Shown here: piece after piece, positions 1 through 5,588 of the stretch
How positions within the stretch are numbered: position 1 is the first letter of the stretch
How the letters are laid out: the number at the start of each line of letters is the position of its first letter
DNA from: a virus
Lineage: Duplodnaviria; Heunggongvirae; Uroviricota; Caudoviricetes
Reading direction: 5' to 3' (one strand)
IMG/VR virus record: IMGVR_UViG_2791355477_000007
Length of the DNA stretch: 64,000 nucleotides
Translations under genes and position numbers: made by a program
Notes under the pieces: model-generated
The model's input: only the letters and a program-made list of their open reading frames with translations
Told to the model about the DNA's origin: nothing
Databases searched by the model: none

Positions 1-17
1 GAGTCCACCCTGAACCA
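1..17 (+). tRNA. 3' fragment of a tRNA truncated by the window edge
   Basis: GAGTCCACC-CTGAACCA: end of T arm, acceptor strand and CCA. Confidence 0.6.
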
Positions 18-26
18 TCTTATTAT

Positions 27-103
27 TCACCTGTAGCTCAGTTGGTTAGAGCAGTCGCCTGTTAAGCGAAAGGTCGTAGGTTCAAGTCCTACCTGGTGAG
101 CCA
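27..103 (+). tRNA. tRNA-Asn(GTT)
   Basis: cloverleaf, loop CT-GTT-AA, TTCAAGT T loop, GCCA end. Confidence 0.9.
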
Positions 104-109
104 TATATG

Positions 110-229
110 GTAATCGTGGCGGAATTGGCAGACGCAGTTAGATTAGGGAAAATTAGTTGAAACCCAAAGCTGACGAGTGGACGTTAACTAAGACTAAACA
201 CTACTATGGGTTCAAGTCCCATCATTACA
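110..229 (+). ncRNA. tRNA-Leu-like RNA with expanded anticodon arm and long variable arm
   Basis: GTGGCGGAATTGGCAGACGC D arm, ATGGG-TTCAAGT-CCCAT T arm, no 7-nt anticodon loop. Confidence 0.65.
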
Positions 230-238
230 GCCTATGAC

Positions 239-340
239 AAGTTGACCATTAACAAAGAATGGAGAGATATATTTGTTAATAGGTCGGGTAAACTTTGGGG
301 TCGAGTTGATAGCCCGTTAACTTAACTCAACTCACTCTCC
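239..340 (+). ncRNA. candidate pseudoknotted structured RNA
   Basis: stems ATTAACAAA/TTTGTTAAT and GAGTTGA/TCAACTC; crossing pairs AAGTTGAC/GTTAACTT and GGAGAG/CTCTCC. Confidence 0.45.
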
Positions 341-347
341 TTATTAT

Positions 348-422
348 TGAACTATAGCCAAGTCGGTAAGGCACAGAGCTTTGGACTCTGCACCCCTGGT
401 TCGAAACCAGGTAGTTCAACCA
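348..422 (+). tRNA. tRNA-Gln(TTG)
   Basis: cloverleaf, CAGAG-CTTTGGA-CTCTG, ACCA end. Confidence 0.85.
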
Positions 423-425
423 AAT

Positions 426-502
426 GGTGCATTGGAGCAGTTGGAGTGCTCGCTTGCCTGTCACGCAAGAGGTCACGGGTTCAAGTCCCGTATGCACCGC
501 CA
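426..502 (+). tRNA. tRNA-Asp(GTC)
   Basis: canonical CTGTCAC loop, GCCA end. Confidence 0.92.
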
Positions 503-508
503 TATTAT

Positions 509-593
509 TTCTGGATGGACAAATTGGTAAAGTCACCTGTCTTTGACACAGGCGTCAGTATTGACATTGGAGGTTCGAAGCCTTCTCCAGAAG
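509..593 (+). tRNA. tRNA with TTG (Gln) anticodon and long variable arm
   Basis: TTCTGGA/TCCAGAA acceptor, CCTGT-CTTTGAC-ACAGG, variable hairpin GTCAGTATTGAC, G73. Confidence 0.8.
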
Positions 594-602
594 CTATTAT
601 TT

Positions 603-679
603 ATCTGAGTAGACAAGAGCTTGATTCACCACTCTCTTAAGAAGTGAGCATTCGTAGATTCAAACTCTTCTACTCGGAT
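603..679 (+). ncRNA. degenerate tRNA-like element
   Basis: long closing stem ATCTGAGTAGA/TCTACTCGGAT, TTCAAAC T-loop-like motif, no clear D arm. Confidence 0.45.
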
Positions 680-685
680 TATTAC

Positions 686-774
686 GGAAGGATACTCTAA
701 TTGGTAAGAGACCTGTCTTGAAAACAGGCGTGGACGTGAGGAGCGTTGTGGGGGTTCAAGTCCCTCTCCTTCCG
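686..774 (+). tRNA. tRNA-Ser(TGA)
   Basis: CCTGT-CTTGAAA-ACAGG, long variable arm, G73. Confidence 0.9.
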
Positions 775-785
775 CTTTATAACAT

Positions 786-844
786 GCGAGAATTGTTTTT
801 TCGGTTTCTGAATCGAACTTGGGTTAGATTCCTAAGTCTCGCCA
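786..844 (+). ncRNA. D-armless mini tRNA-like RNA
   Basis: GCGAGA/TCTCGC stem, TTCGGTT/AATCGAA hairpin, TTGGG-TTAGATT-CCTAA T-like arm. Confidence 0.5.
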
Positions 845-913
845 CAATACGGCAAAGGATTCGCTATCTTTTGTGCGATATTAGGGTGTGAGGGTAGCTC
901 CCTCACTGCTTAT

Positions 914-990
914 GGGGTATTGGTGAAGATGGTTAACACATCCGACTTTCTATCGGAGATTCAGGGGTTCAAGTCCCCTATACCCTACCA
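914..990 (+). tRNA. tRNA-Glu(TTC), U at position 37
   Basis: TCCGA-CTTTCTA-TCGGA, ACCA end. Confidence 0.88.
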
Positions 991-995
991 TTCAT

Positions 996-1068
996 GGGGA
1001 TATAGTGTAGCGGTTTAACACACTTGGCTGTCTACCAAGTAGCACGGGTTCAAATCCCGTTATCCTCG
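996..1068 (+). tRNA. tRNA-Asp(GTC), U at position 37
   Basis: CTTGG-CTGTCTA-CCAAG. Confidence 0.88.
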
Positions 1069-1069
1069 T

Positions 1070-1200
1070 TTAGGACTTAATACGTTTCTTTCTAATTAAG
1101 CACATATGAAGTGTAATAACTTGTAAGTGTCACTAATTATAGAAAGTTTTATGTTGCTTGGGTGTCCGACCTAAAAAAAACGAAAATAACCCTTGTACCA
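1070..1200 (+). ncRNA. structured RNA family A, copy 1
   Basis: homologous to 3111-3231 with compensatory changes. Confidence 0.6.
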
Positions 1201-1201
1201 T

Positions 1202-1275
1202 GTCGCATTGGTGAAATTGGCTAACACACTCGGCTTTCTACCGAGCATTCGCAGGTTCGAATCCTGTATGCGATG
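1202..1275 (+). tRNA. tRNA-Glu(TTC), U at position 37
   Basis: CTCGG-CTTTCTA-CCGAG. Confidence 0.88.
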
Positions 1276-1290
1276 TTCCACTTGGGCGTG

Positions 1291-1407
1291 TTTCCTTTTT
1301 AGGATAAAGTCTACGCTGAGTAATCAGGCGGTCTAAGGTGAAACATCTTAGAAAAAATGAACTGGTATGTACCCGTGAACCCTAACACGTCAAATAGGGA
1401 GCTTATA
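1291..1407 (+). ncRNA. structured RNA family B, copy 1
   Basis: shares CGGTCTAAGGTGAAA..CATCTTAG and GTGAAYCCTAACACGTYAAATA blocks with 1527-1635. Confidence 0.6.
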
Positions 1408-1408
1408 T

Positions 1409-1480
1409 GGGGATATAGTGTAGCGGTAAACACGCCTGGCTGTCTACCAGGTAGCACGGGTTCAAGTCCCGTTATTCTCG
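1409..1480 (+). tRNA. tRNA-Asp(GTC), U at position 37
   Basis: CCTGG-CTGTCTA-CCAGG. Confidence 0.88.
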
Positions 1481-1526
1481 CTTAGTTTTAGAGCCATAAA
1501 AAATGGCATAAGATGACTCTCAATTA

Positions 1527-1635
1527 TTTTCATGATTTAGTAGGTTATCTATTTAGTCAAGCAGACGGTCTAAGGTGAAAAACATCTTAGCGAAATGCGG
1601 TGAATCCTAACACGTTAAATAAATGGAAGCTTATA
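1527..1635 (+). ncRNA. structured RNA family B, copy 2
   Basis: homologous to 1291-1407. Confidence 0.6.
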
Positions 1636-1701
1636 AGGTGAACTGGAAATTGGAGACTGCCTGTAAAACAGACACCGTAGGGTCAATTCCCTACCACCTT
1701 C
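1635..1701 (+). tRNA. degenerate tRNA-Tyr(GTA)-like gene with short variable loop
   Basis: AAGGTG/CACCTT acceptor, CTGTAAA loop, GTAGGG/CCCTAC T stem, weak D arm. Confidence 0.5.
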
Positions 1702-1708
1702 TTATCAT

Positions 1709-1790
1709 GCCGATTTAGCTTAGTGGTAAAGCGATTAGGAGTACTCATTAACATGACTATTGGACGCAGGTTCGATTCCTGCATTCGGCT
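1709..1790 (+). ncRNA. tRNA-like RNA with expanded anticodon arm containing CTCATTA
   Basis: normal D arm GCTT/AAGC and T arm GCAGG-TTCGATT-CCTGC; ~28-nt irregular anticodon arm. Confidence 0.65.
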
Positions 1791-1805
1791 TTTCAAACTT
1801 AATAT

Positions 1806-1876
1806 TACTGAGCATATGGGACCTTAAAAGTTATTAACTTTGACGGGAGTGAGTTCGATACTCACCTCAGTAACCA
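1806..1876 (+). ncRNA. tRNA-like RNA lacking a D stem, CCA encoded
   Basis: TACTGAG/CTCAGTA-ACCA, GTGAG-TTCGATA-CTCAC T arm, AAAG-TTATTAA-CTTT arm. Confidence 0.6.
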
Positions 1877-1879
1877 CAT

Positions 1880-1950
1880 GCGGTCATGGTGTAGTGGTAA
1901 CATAACAGACTTCCAATCTGTTGTCACGGGTTCGAATCCCGTTGGTCGCT
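1880..1950 (+). tRNA. tRNA-Gly(TCC)
   Basis: ACAGA-CTTCCAA-TCTGT. Confidence 0.9.
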
Positions 1951-1953
1951 TTA

Positions 1954-2464
1954 TAAGAAGTATCCAAATCAGCAAATATTGCAGACCAGTTAGCAAAGGG
2001 TTACGTATTAATATATGGGCGCCTTTTGTTCGAAAGGATATGTTCTTACAAAATTAAACACCACTCCCTGCCTCTTAAATTGATTAATGTGCCTATCTTG
2101 GGGTGCAAAGAAGGGGAGCAACTGAGGATAGGTTAGACGAAAATGACTTGTTTATGGCACATGGCAAGTCTACCACGGAGTCCTCCAGAGCTGAAGTTAG
2201 AGACCAAGTAGTCCGAGTGGTTTGTAAGCTCTAAAAAGTGGTGTTTCACTACCGTAAATGTGACCTATAGAAATTCCTTTTAAGGACAATTTTAATGTGA
2301 GTGAGTCCTTACCGTTTTTAAAAACTTGAATTGTTCTCACAAGCAATTCTACACAACCAGGTCAAGTTTAGAGGTTTAGAGACCAGGCATTTTTTCTTAG
2401 GCCTTTTGAGCCAGTGCGAATTGCACATTTTCGGAGTTTTGAATGATAAAATCATTCTTTCTCC
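1954..2464 (+). ncRNA. large multi-domain structured RNA, candidate ROOL-like
   Basis: no ORF; nested long-range stems, kissing loops TGTGAG/CTCACA; size and tRNA-array context fit ROOL. Confidence 0.55.
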
Positions 2465-2471
2465 CTATCAT

Positions 2472-2544
2472 GGACGGTAATCTTGATGGTACGGGAGTGC
2501 GGTCTGCAAAACCGTAATGGACGGTTCGAATCCGTCACCGTTCT
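2472..2544 (+). tRNA. tRNA-Cys(GCA)
   Basis: GCGGT-CTGCAAA-ACCGT, U73. Confidence 0.85.
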
Positions 2545-2564
2545 TTAGCGTTAACTTATAAATT

Positions 2565-2645
2565 TCATAGAGGTAGACAAGGTTCTCTACACGCTTAGTA
2601 ATAACTAAGTCACCAGAGATGAGGGATATGCCGACCCTCCTATGA
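2565..2645 (+). ncRNA. cloverleaf-shaped element without canonical tRNA loops
   Basis: TCATAG/CTATGA, GTAGA/TCTAC, CTTAGT/ACTAAG, GAGGG/CCCTC. Confidence 0.45.
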
Positions 2646-2655
2646 TATTTATTAC

Positions 2656-2727
2656 ACCGATTTAGCTCAGTGGTAGAGCACCGTCTTGATAAGGCGTAGG
2701 TCAATGGTTCGAATCCATTAGTCGGTA
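2656..2727 (+). tRNA. tRNA-Ile(GAT)
   Basis: TT-GAT-AA loop, cloverleaf. Confidence 0.88.
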
Positions 2728-2731
2728 TTCA

Positions 2732-2810
2732 TTAAGAAGAGGTAAAGAATAGTAGCACTTTAGGTTACAACCATACTATTCGTGGATTATGTCCCTAACC
2801 TCTTCTTAAT
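2732..2810 (+). ncRNA. candidate three-way-junction RNA
   Basis: TTAAGAAGAGGT/ACCTCTTCTTAA closing stem, GAATAGTA/TACTATTC arm. Confidence 0.4.
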
Positions 2811-2845
2811 ATTAATAAAACATTATAAATTGATGTTTAATTTAT

Positions 2846-2931
2846 GGCAGGATAGCAAAGTGGTTAAACGCAACGGACTGTAAATCCGTTCTCTTCGGAG
2901 TTCGGGGGTTCAAATCCCTCTCCTGCCCCCA
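2846..2931 (+). tRNA. tRNA-Tyr(GTA)
   Basis: ACGGA-CTGTAAA-TCCGT, variable arm CTC-TTCG-GAG, CCA; discriminator is C, not the usual A. Confidence 0.88.
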
Positions 2932-2934
2932 TAT

Positions 2935-3031
2935 GTGCCATTAGCTTAATTGGTAGAGCCACGTAATTCTGCATATGACTCTTTGAGCATAAAACAGTCG
3001 TGAGGTCGGAGTTCGAATCTTCGATGGCACT
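2935..3031 (+). ncRNA. tRNA-like RNA with ~43-nt expanded anticodon arm
   Basis: GTGCCAT/ATGGCAC acceptor, normal D and T arms. Confidence 0.7.
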
Positions 3032-3037
3032 TTATTC

Positions 3038-3110
3038 GCCAACTTAGCTCAACAGGTAGAGCGATTGACTTGTAATCAATAGGTCGTGGGTTCGATCCCT
3101 ACAGTTGGCA
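3038..3110 (+). tRNA. tRNA-Thr(TGT)
   Basis: ATTGA-CTTGTAA-TCAAT. Confidence 0.92.
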
Positions 3111-3231
3111 TTAGAACTTAAAGAGTTTCTTTCTATCGGAAGGCACGGATAATGCCCTAATCCAAATATTCCAGTGAGAGTTTTATCTTCAAAAGGTGTT
3201 CGATTAAAAAACCAAATGAACCTTTTAGCCA
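3111..3231 (+). ncRNA. structured RNA family A, copy 2
   Basis: homologous to 1070-1200. Confidence 0.6.
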
Positions 3232-3234
3232 TAT

Positions 3235-3311
3235 GACGCATTGGTGAAACTGGCTAACACACTCGACTTTCTATCGAGCATTCAGGGGTTCGAATCCCCT
3301 ATGCGTTGCCA
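3235..3311 (+). tRNA. tRNA-Glu(TTC), U at position 37
   Basis: CTCGA-CTTTCTA-TCGAG, GCCA end. Confidence 0.88.
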
Positions 3312-3321
3312 ATTTTATTAT

Positions 3322-3421
3322 CGGTTTGTGCACGTATGGAGTGCAAGAAGGAATTATAAATAAGACCAACGCTTGCGTGTCTATTTATCCTTTTGGAGAA
3401 GTTCAAGACTTCTACTTACCG
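3322..3421 (+). ncRNA. tRNA-like RNA with long central arm
   Basis: TGCAC/GTGCA D-like arm, AGAAG-TTCAAGA-CTTCT T arm, ~50-nt central hairpin. Confidence 0.5.
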
Positions 3422-3476
3422 TTTTTAATAAGTGAATTTTACTTTTGTAATTAATAATGATGAAGGAGTTGTTTTT

Positions 3477-3761
3477 ATGACACCTCATGTTGTTGCAAGT
3501 AACACGTTTGGATTTAAAGAAGATGAATCAGTTTTCATTGTTCCTGTAAAAGAACTGAATAAAGAATTGGTTTTATCGGTTACCAAGAACTTTTTAGCTT
3601 TTGGTCGTTCATCAAACGTAAAAGTTGTAATATTAGCAAATTCTATTGAAGAATTAAAAAACATTTTAACTAAAGAAGATTTTGATTTTGTTGTGGAAAA
3701 TACACGTTCATTATTAAAGTCTTTCGAGTCATGGCGAGAACCTGAAAAATCATCTATTTAA
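3477..3761 (+). CDS. hypothetical protein embedded in tRNA array
   Basis: AAGGAG RBS before ATG 3477. Confidence 0.65.
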   Translation: MTPHVVASNTFGFKEDESVFIVPVKELNKELVLSVTKNFLAFGRSSNVKVVILANSIEELKNILTKEDFDFVVENTRSLLKSFESWREPEKSSI

Positions 3762-3781
3762 TTAGTTTCAAAGCTTGAACT

Positions 3782-3932
3782 TTCTTCAATACTGCTGATA
3801 CATGTGCTAACCTACCGCTATCAGTAGAAAAAACTTGTAGTTATAATAGCATACTTGAAGAAGCTCTCTTGAGTAGGTAGAACTTCTTCTTATAACGAAA
3901 GATTTCTAAGTTGGGAGTTTTATAAGAAATCT
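3782..3932 (+). ncRNA. candidate pseudoknotted structured RNA
   Basis: TTCTTCAA/TTGAAGAA, CTGCTGATA/TATCAGTAG, loop ACCTAC complementary to downstream GTAGGT. Confidence 0.4.
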
Positions 3933-3934
3933 AA

Positions 3935-4046
3935 GACTGTTGAGGTAGAACAGGTAGCTACACGCTTGAATATGTATTGAACAGTTCGAGTCTTAAAAAA
4001 AGCTTAATTGCTAAGAGATGCGGGATTACCACCCCACCAACAGTCA
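3935..4046 (+). ncRNA. tRNA-like RNA with 8-bp acceptor and expanded anticodon and variable arms
   Basis: GACTGTTG/CAACAGTC, GTAG/CTAC D arm, GCTTGAA/TTCGAGT arm. Confidence 0.55.
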
Positions 4047-4053
4047 CAACAAT

Positions 4054-4133
4054 TGCTGTTGATTGGATTACATCTTTGCCATTGTTATAAAAGACATGCA
4101 AATTTGTAGGAGGCTCGATTCCTCCCTTCAGCA
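4054..4133 (+). ncRNA. tRNA-like RNA with irregular anticodon arm
   Basis: TGCTG/CAGCA, TTTGC/GCAAA, GGAGG-CTCGATT-CCTCC T arm. Confidence 0.5.
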
Positions 4134-4141
4134 TTTTATAT

Positions 4142-4213
4142 GGTTTGATAGCTGAGATGGATTAGCATCAGTTTGAAGCACTGAGGAGGTTGGTTCGATT
4201 CCAACTCAAACCA
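4142..4213 (+). tRNA. tRNA-Phe(GAA)
   Basis: TCAGT-TTGAAGC-ACTGA. Confidence 0.85.
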
Positions 4214-4397
4214 CTTTGAGGTTTTGGGCGATTCCCACTATATTTTGTAGAAATAATCGCTTTTGTTTATTCATGGAATATTACTTTTGGATAGTATTAT
4301 TGACTGGTTTTACTGTTTCGACAGTTTGGGGCTGTTGATTTACAGGTTTGAAAGTATTACATTTACGATTTTAATTAACAAAAAGGTGGTGTTTACC

Positions 4398-4550
4398 ATG
4401 GGAGCAACGTATCCAACTACAAAGGGTCAATGCATTAAAGCCTTAAAAGAAAAAGGCATTAATCGACATCCACAAGACCTTCGTAAATTAGAGTTACATA
4501 AGCATTCCGAAGTATTAAATGTATACTTCAAATATGCTCACGCTGAATAA
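4398..4550 (+). CDS. small YflJ/DUF2639-like protein
   Basis: AAGGTGG RBS; TKG..I..LK..GI.RH...RKLE pattern. Confidence 0.55.
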   Translation: MGATYPTTKGQCIKALKEKGINRHPQDLRKLELHKHSEVLNVYFKYAHAE

Positions 4551-4583
4551 TTCGCTTTATCTATATAGATAAAGCTTTCCTAT

Positions 4584-4670
4584 GCGGAATAGTATAAGGC
4601 AGAACAGCTATTGGACGAGTGTACATATATGCCGATAGAAGGAACGGTTCGATTCCGTTAATCCGCTCCA
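4584..4670 (+). ncRNA. tRNA-Gly-like body with expanded anticodon arm, CCA encoded
   Basis: GCGGA/TCCGC-TCCA acceptor, CTATTGG/CCGATAG stem with 17-nt loop, AACGG-TTCGATT-CCGTT. Confidence 0.65.
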
Positions 4671-4699
4671 ATTCATTTTTATAAAGTCGGTGATTACTT

Positions 4700-4855
4700 A
4701 TGGATTTAAAGAAAAACAATAATGGGCGTTATTGGGCGAAGGCTCTGACTGCTTGTGTAGGCGTTATTTCAATTTCTACATTAGCTTATCTAATGAATGA
4801 CCCCTTTGTTTTAGTTGCTCTACTATTTGTTTTAGCAGTTGTTGAAATTATTTAA
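4700..4855 (+). CDS. 51-aa membrane peptide
   Basis: manual translation MDLKKNNNGRYWAKALTACVG...; two hydrophobic segments. Confidence 0.55.
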   Translation: MDLKKNNNGRYWAKALTACVGVISISTLAYLMNDPFVLVALLFVLAVVEII

Positions 4856-4860
4856 ATTAT

Positions 4861-4932
4861 TCTCTCGTAGCTCAATGGTAGAGCGGTTGGCTGTTAACCA
4901 ATAGGTTGCAGGTTCGAATCCTGTCGAGGGAG
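4861..4932 (+). tRNA. tRNA-Asn(GTT)
   Basis: GTTGG-CTGTTAA-CCAAT. Confidence 0.92.
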
Positions 4933-4942
4933 TTTCTATTAT

Positions 4943-5032
4943 GGAGCGGTACTCAAACTGGTAAAGAGGTCTGATTGCTAATCAGATAGGTGATGTTTAC
5001 ATCATGCGAGGGTTCGAATCCCTTCTGCTCCT
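4943..5032 (+). tRNA. tRNA-Ser(GCT)
   Basis: TCTGA-TTGCTAA-TCAGA, long variable arm. Confidence 0.9.
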
Positions 5033-5045
5033 TATTTCATATTTT

Positions 5046-5119
5046 GCCTCGTTAGCTCAATAGGATAGAGCAACGCACTTCTAATGCGTAGGCTACAGGT
5101 TCGAGTCCTGTACGGGGCG
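5046..5119 (+). tRNA. tRNA-Arg(TCT)
   Basis: ACGCA-CTTCTAA-TGCGT. Confidence 0.92.
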
Positions 5120-5138
5120 TATTCCCTTTTTACAGTAG

Positions 5139-5334
5139 TCATGTAAATTGATTGGACTTACCCAATTACATGATAAAAGCAAATAAAAAACTTCAAAAGG
5201 AAAGTATAAGAGAAGCAATGTTTGGTAAGTACAACTTCCTCCTTTTGTGATATTTTAAGTTTCTTTCAGACCTGTTACAGGGACCCAAATAGATTCCGAT
5301 GCGGAATAAGGGACTGTGTAAGACACAGACTGAA
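5139..5334 (+). ncRNA. candidate structured RNA: two hairpins and a four-way junction
   Basis: TCATGTAA/TTACATGA, CAAAAGGA/TCCTTTTG, TTCAG/CTGAA enclosing three hairpins. Confidence 0.45.
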
Positions 5335-5368
5335 TTATAGGTTTATAAAATATCAATCTTATATATAC

Positions 5369-5441
5369 GCTTCATTAACTCAGAGGATAGAGTATCCGTT
5401 TCCTAAACGGATTGTCGAAGGTTCGAACCCTTCATGGAGCA
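5369..5441 (+). tRNA. tRNA-Arg(CCT)
   Basis: TCCGT-TTCCTAA-ACGGA. Confidence 0.88.
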
Positions 5442-5508
5442 TAAGGAAAAAATCGGTTCGCCCGATTTGTACAGGTGGGATACTGTCTCGCCCTTAGTTT
5501 AGCGTTTG

Positions 5509-5531
5509 AAACAGGCATCTGCCTGTTTTTT
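5509..5531 (+). terminator. intrinsic terminator ending the tRNA array
   Basis: AAACAGGC-ATCT-GCCTGTTT plus T run. Confidence 0.8.
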
Positions 5532-5588
5532 GTTTGAAATAAAAAGGTGCCGATTTGTTTGCATATAAAATCATATGGAGGTGATTAT

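Noticed and set aside
1070-1200. HDV-like theta ribozyme after tRNA 3' ends
   Set aside because: The pseudoknot lacks identifiable P3/L3, P1.1 and catalytic J4/2 elements.
1291-1635. Pistol, twister or hammerhead ribozyme call for family B
   Set aside because: Only short motifs match (CACGTTAAATA, CCTAACAC, CTGA); the required stem order and catalytic cores could not be built in both copies.
2056-2246. 6S RNA, suggested by a ~190-nt span closed by a 10-bp stem
   Set aside because: The interior is multi-branched rather than a rod with a central bubble; it is better read as a domain of the larger RNA.
110-3031. Group I introns in the expanded-anticodon tRNAs
   Set aside because: The inserts are only tens of nucleotides and show no P3-P7 core.
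327-5497. ORF-track entries 327-536, 347-640, 2468-2704, 3044-3241 and 5222-5497
   Set aside because: They overlap tRNA or structured RNA genes, lack an RBS and are chance open frames.
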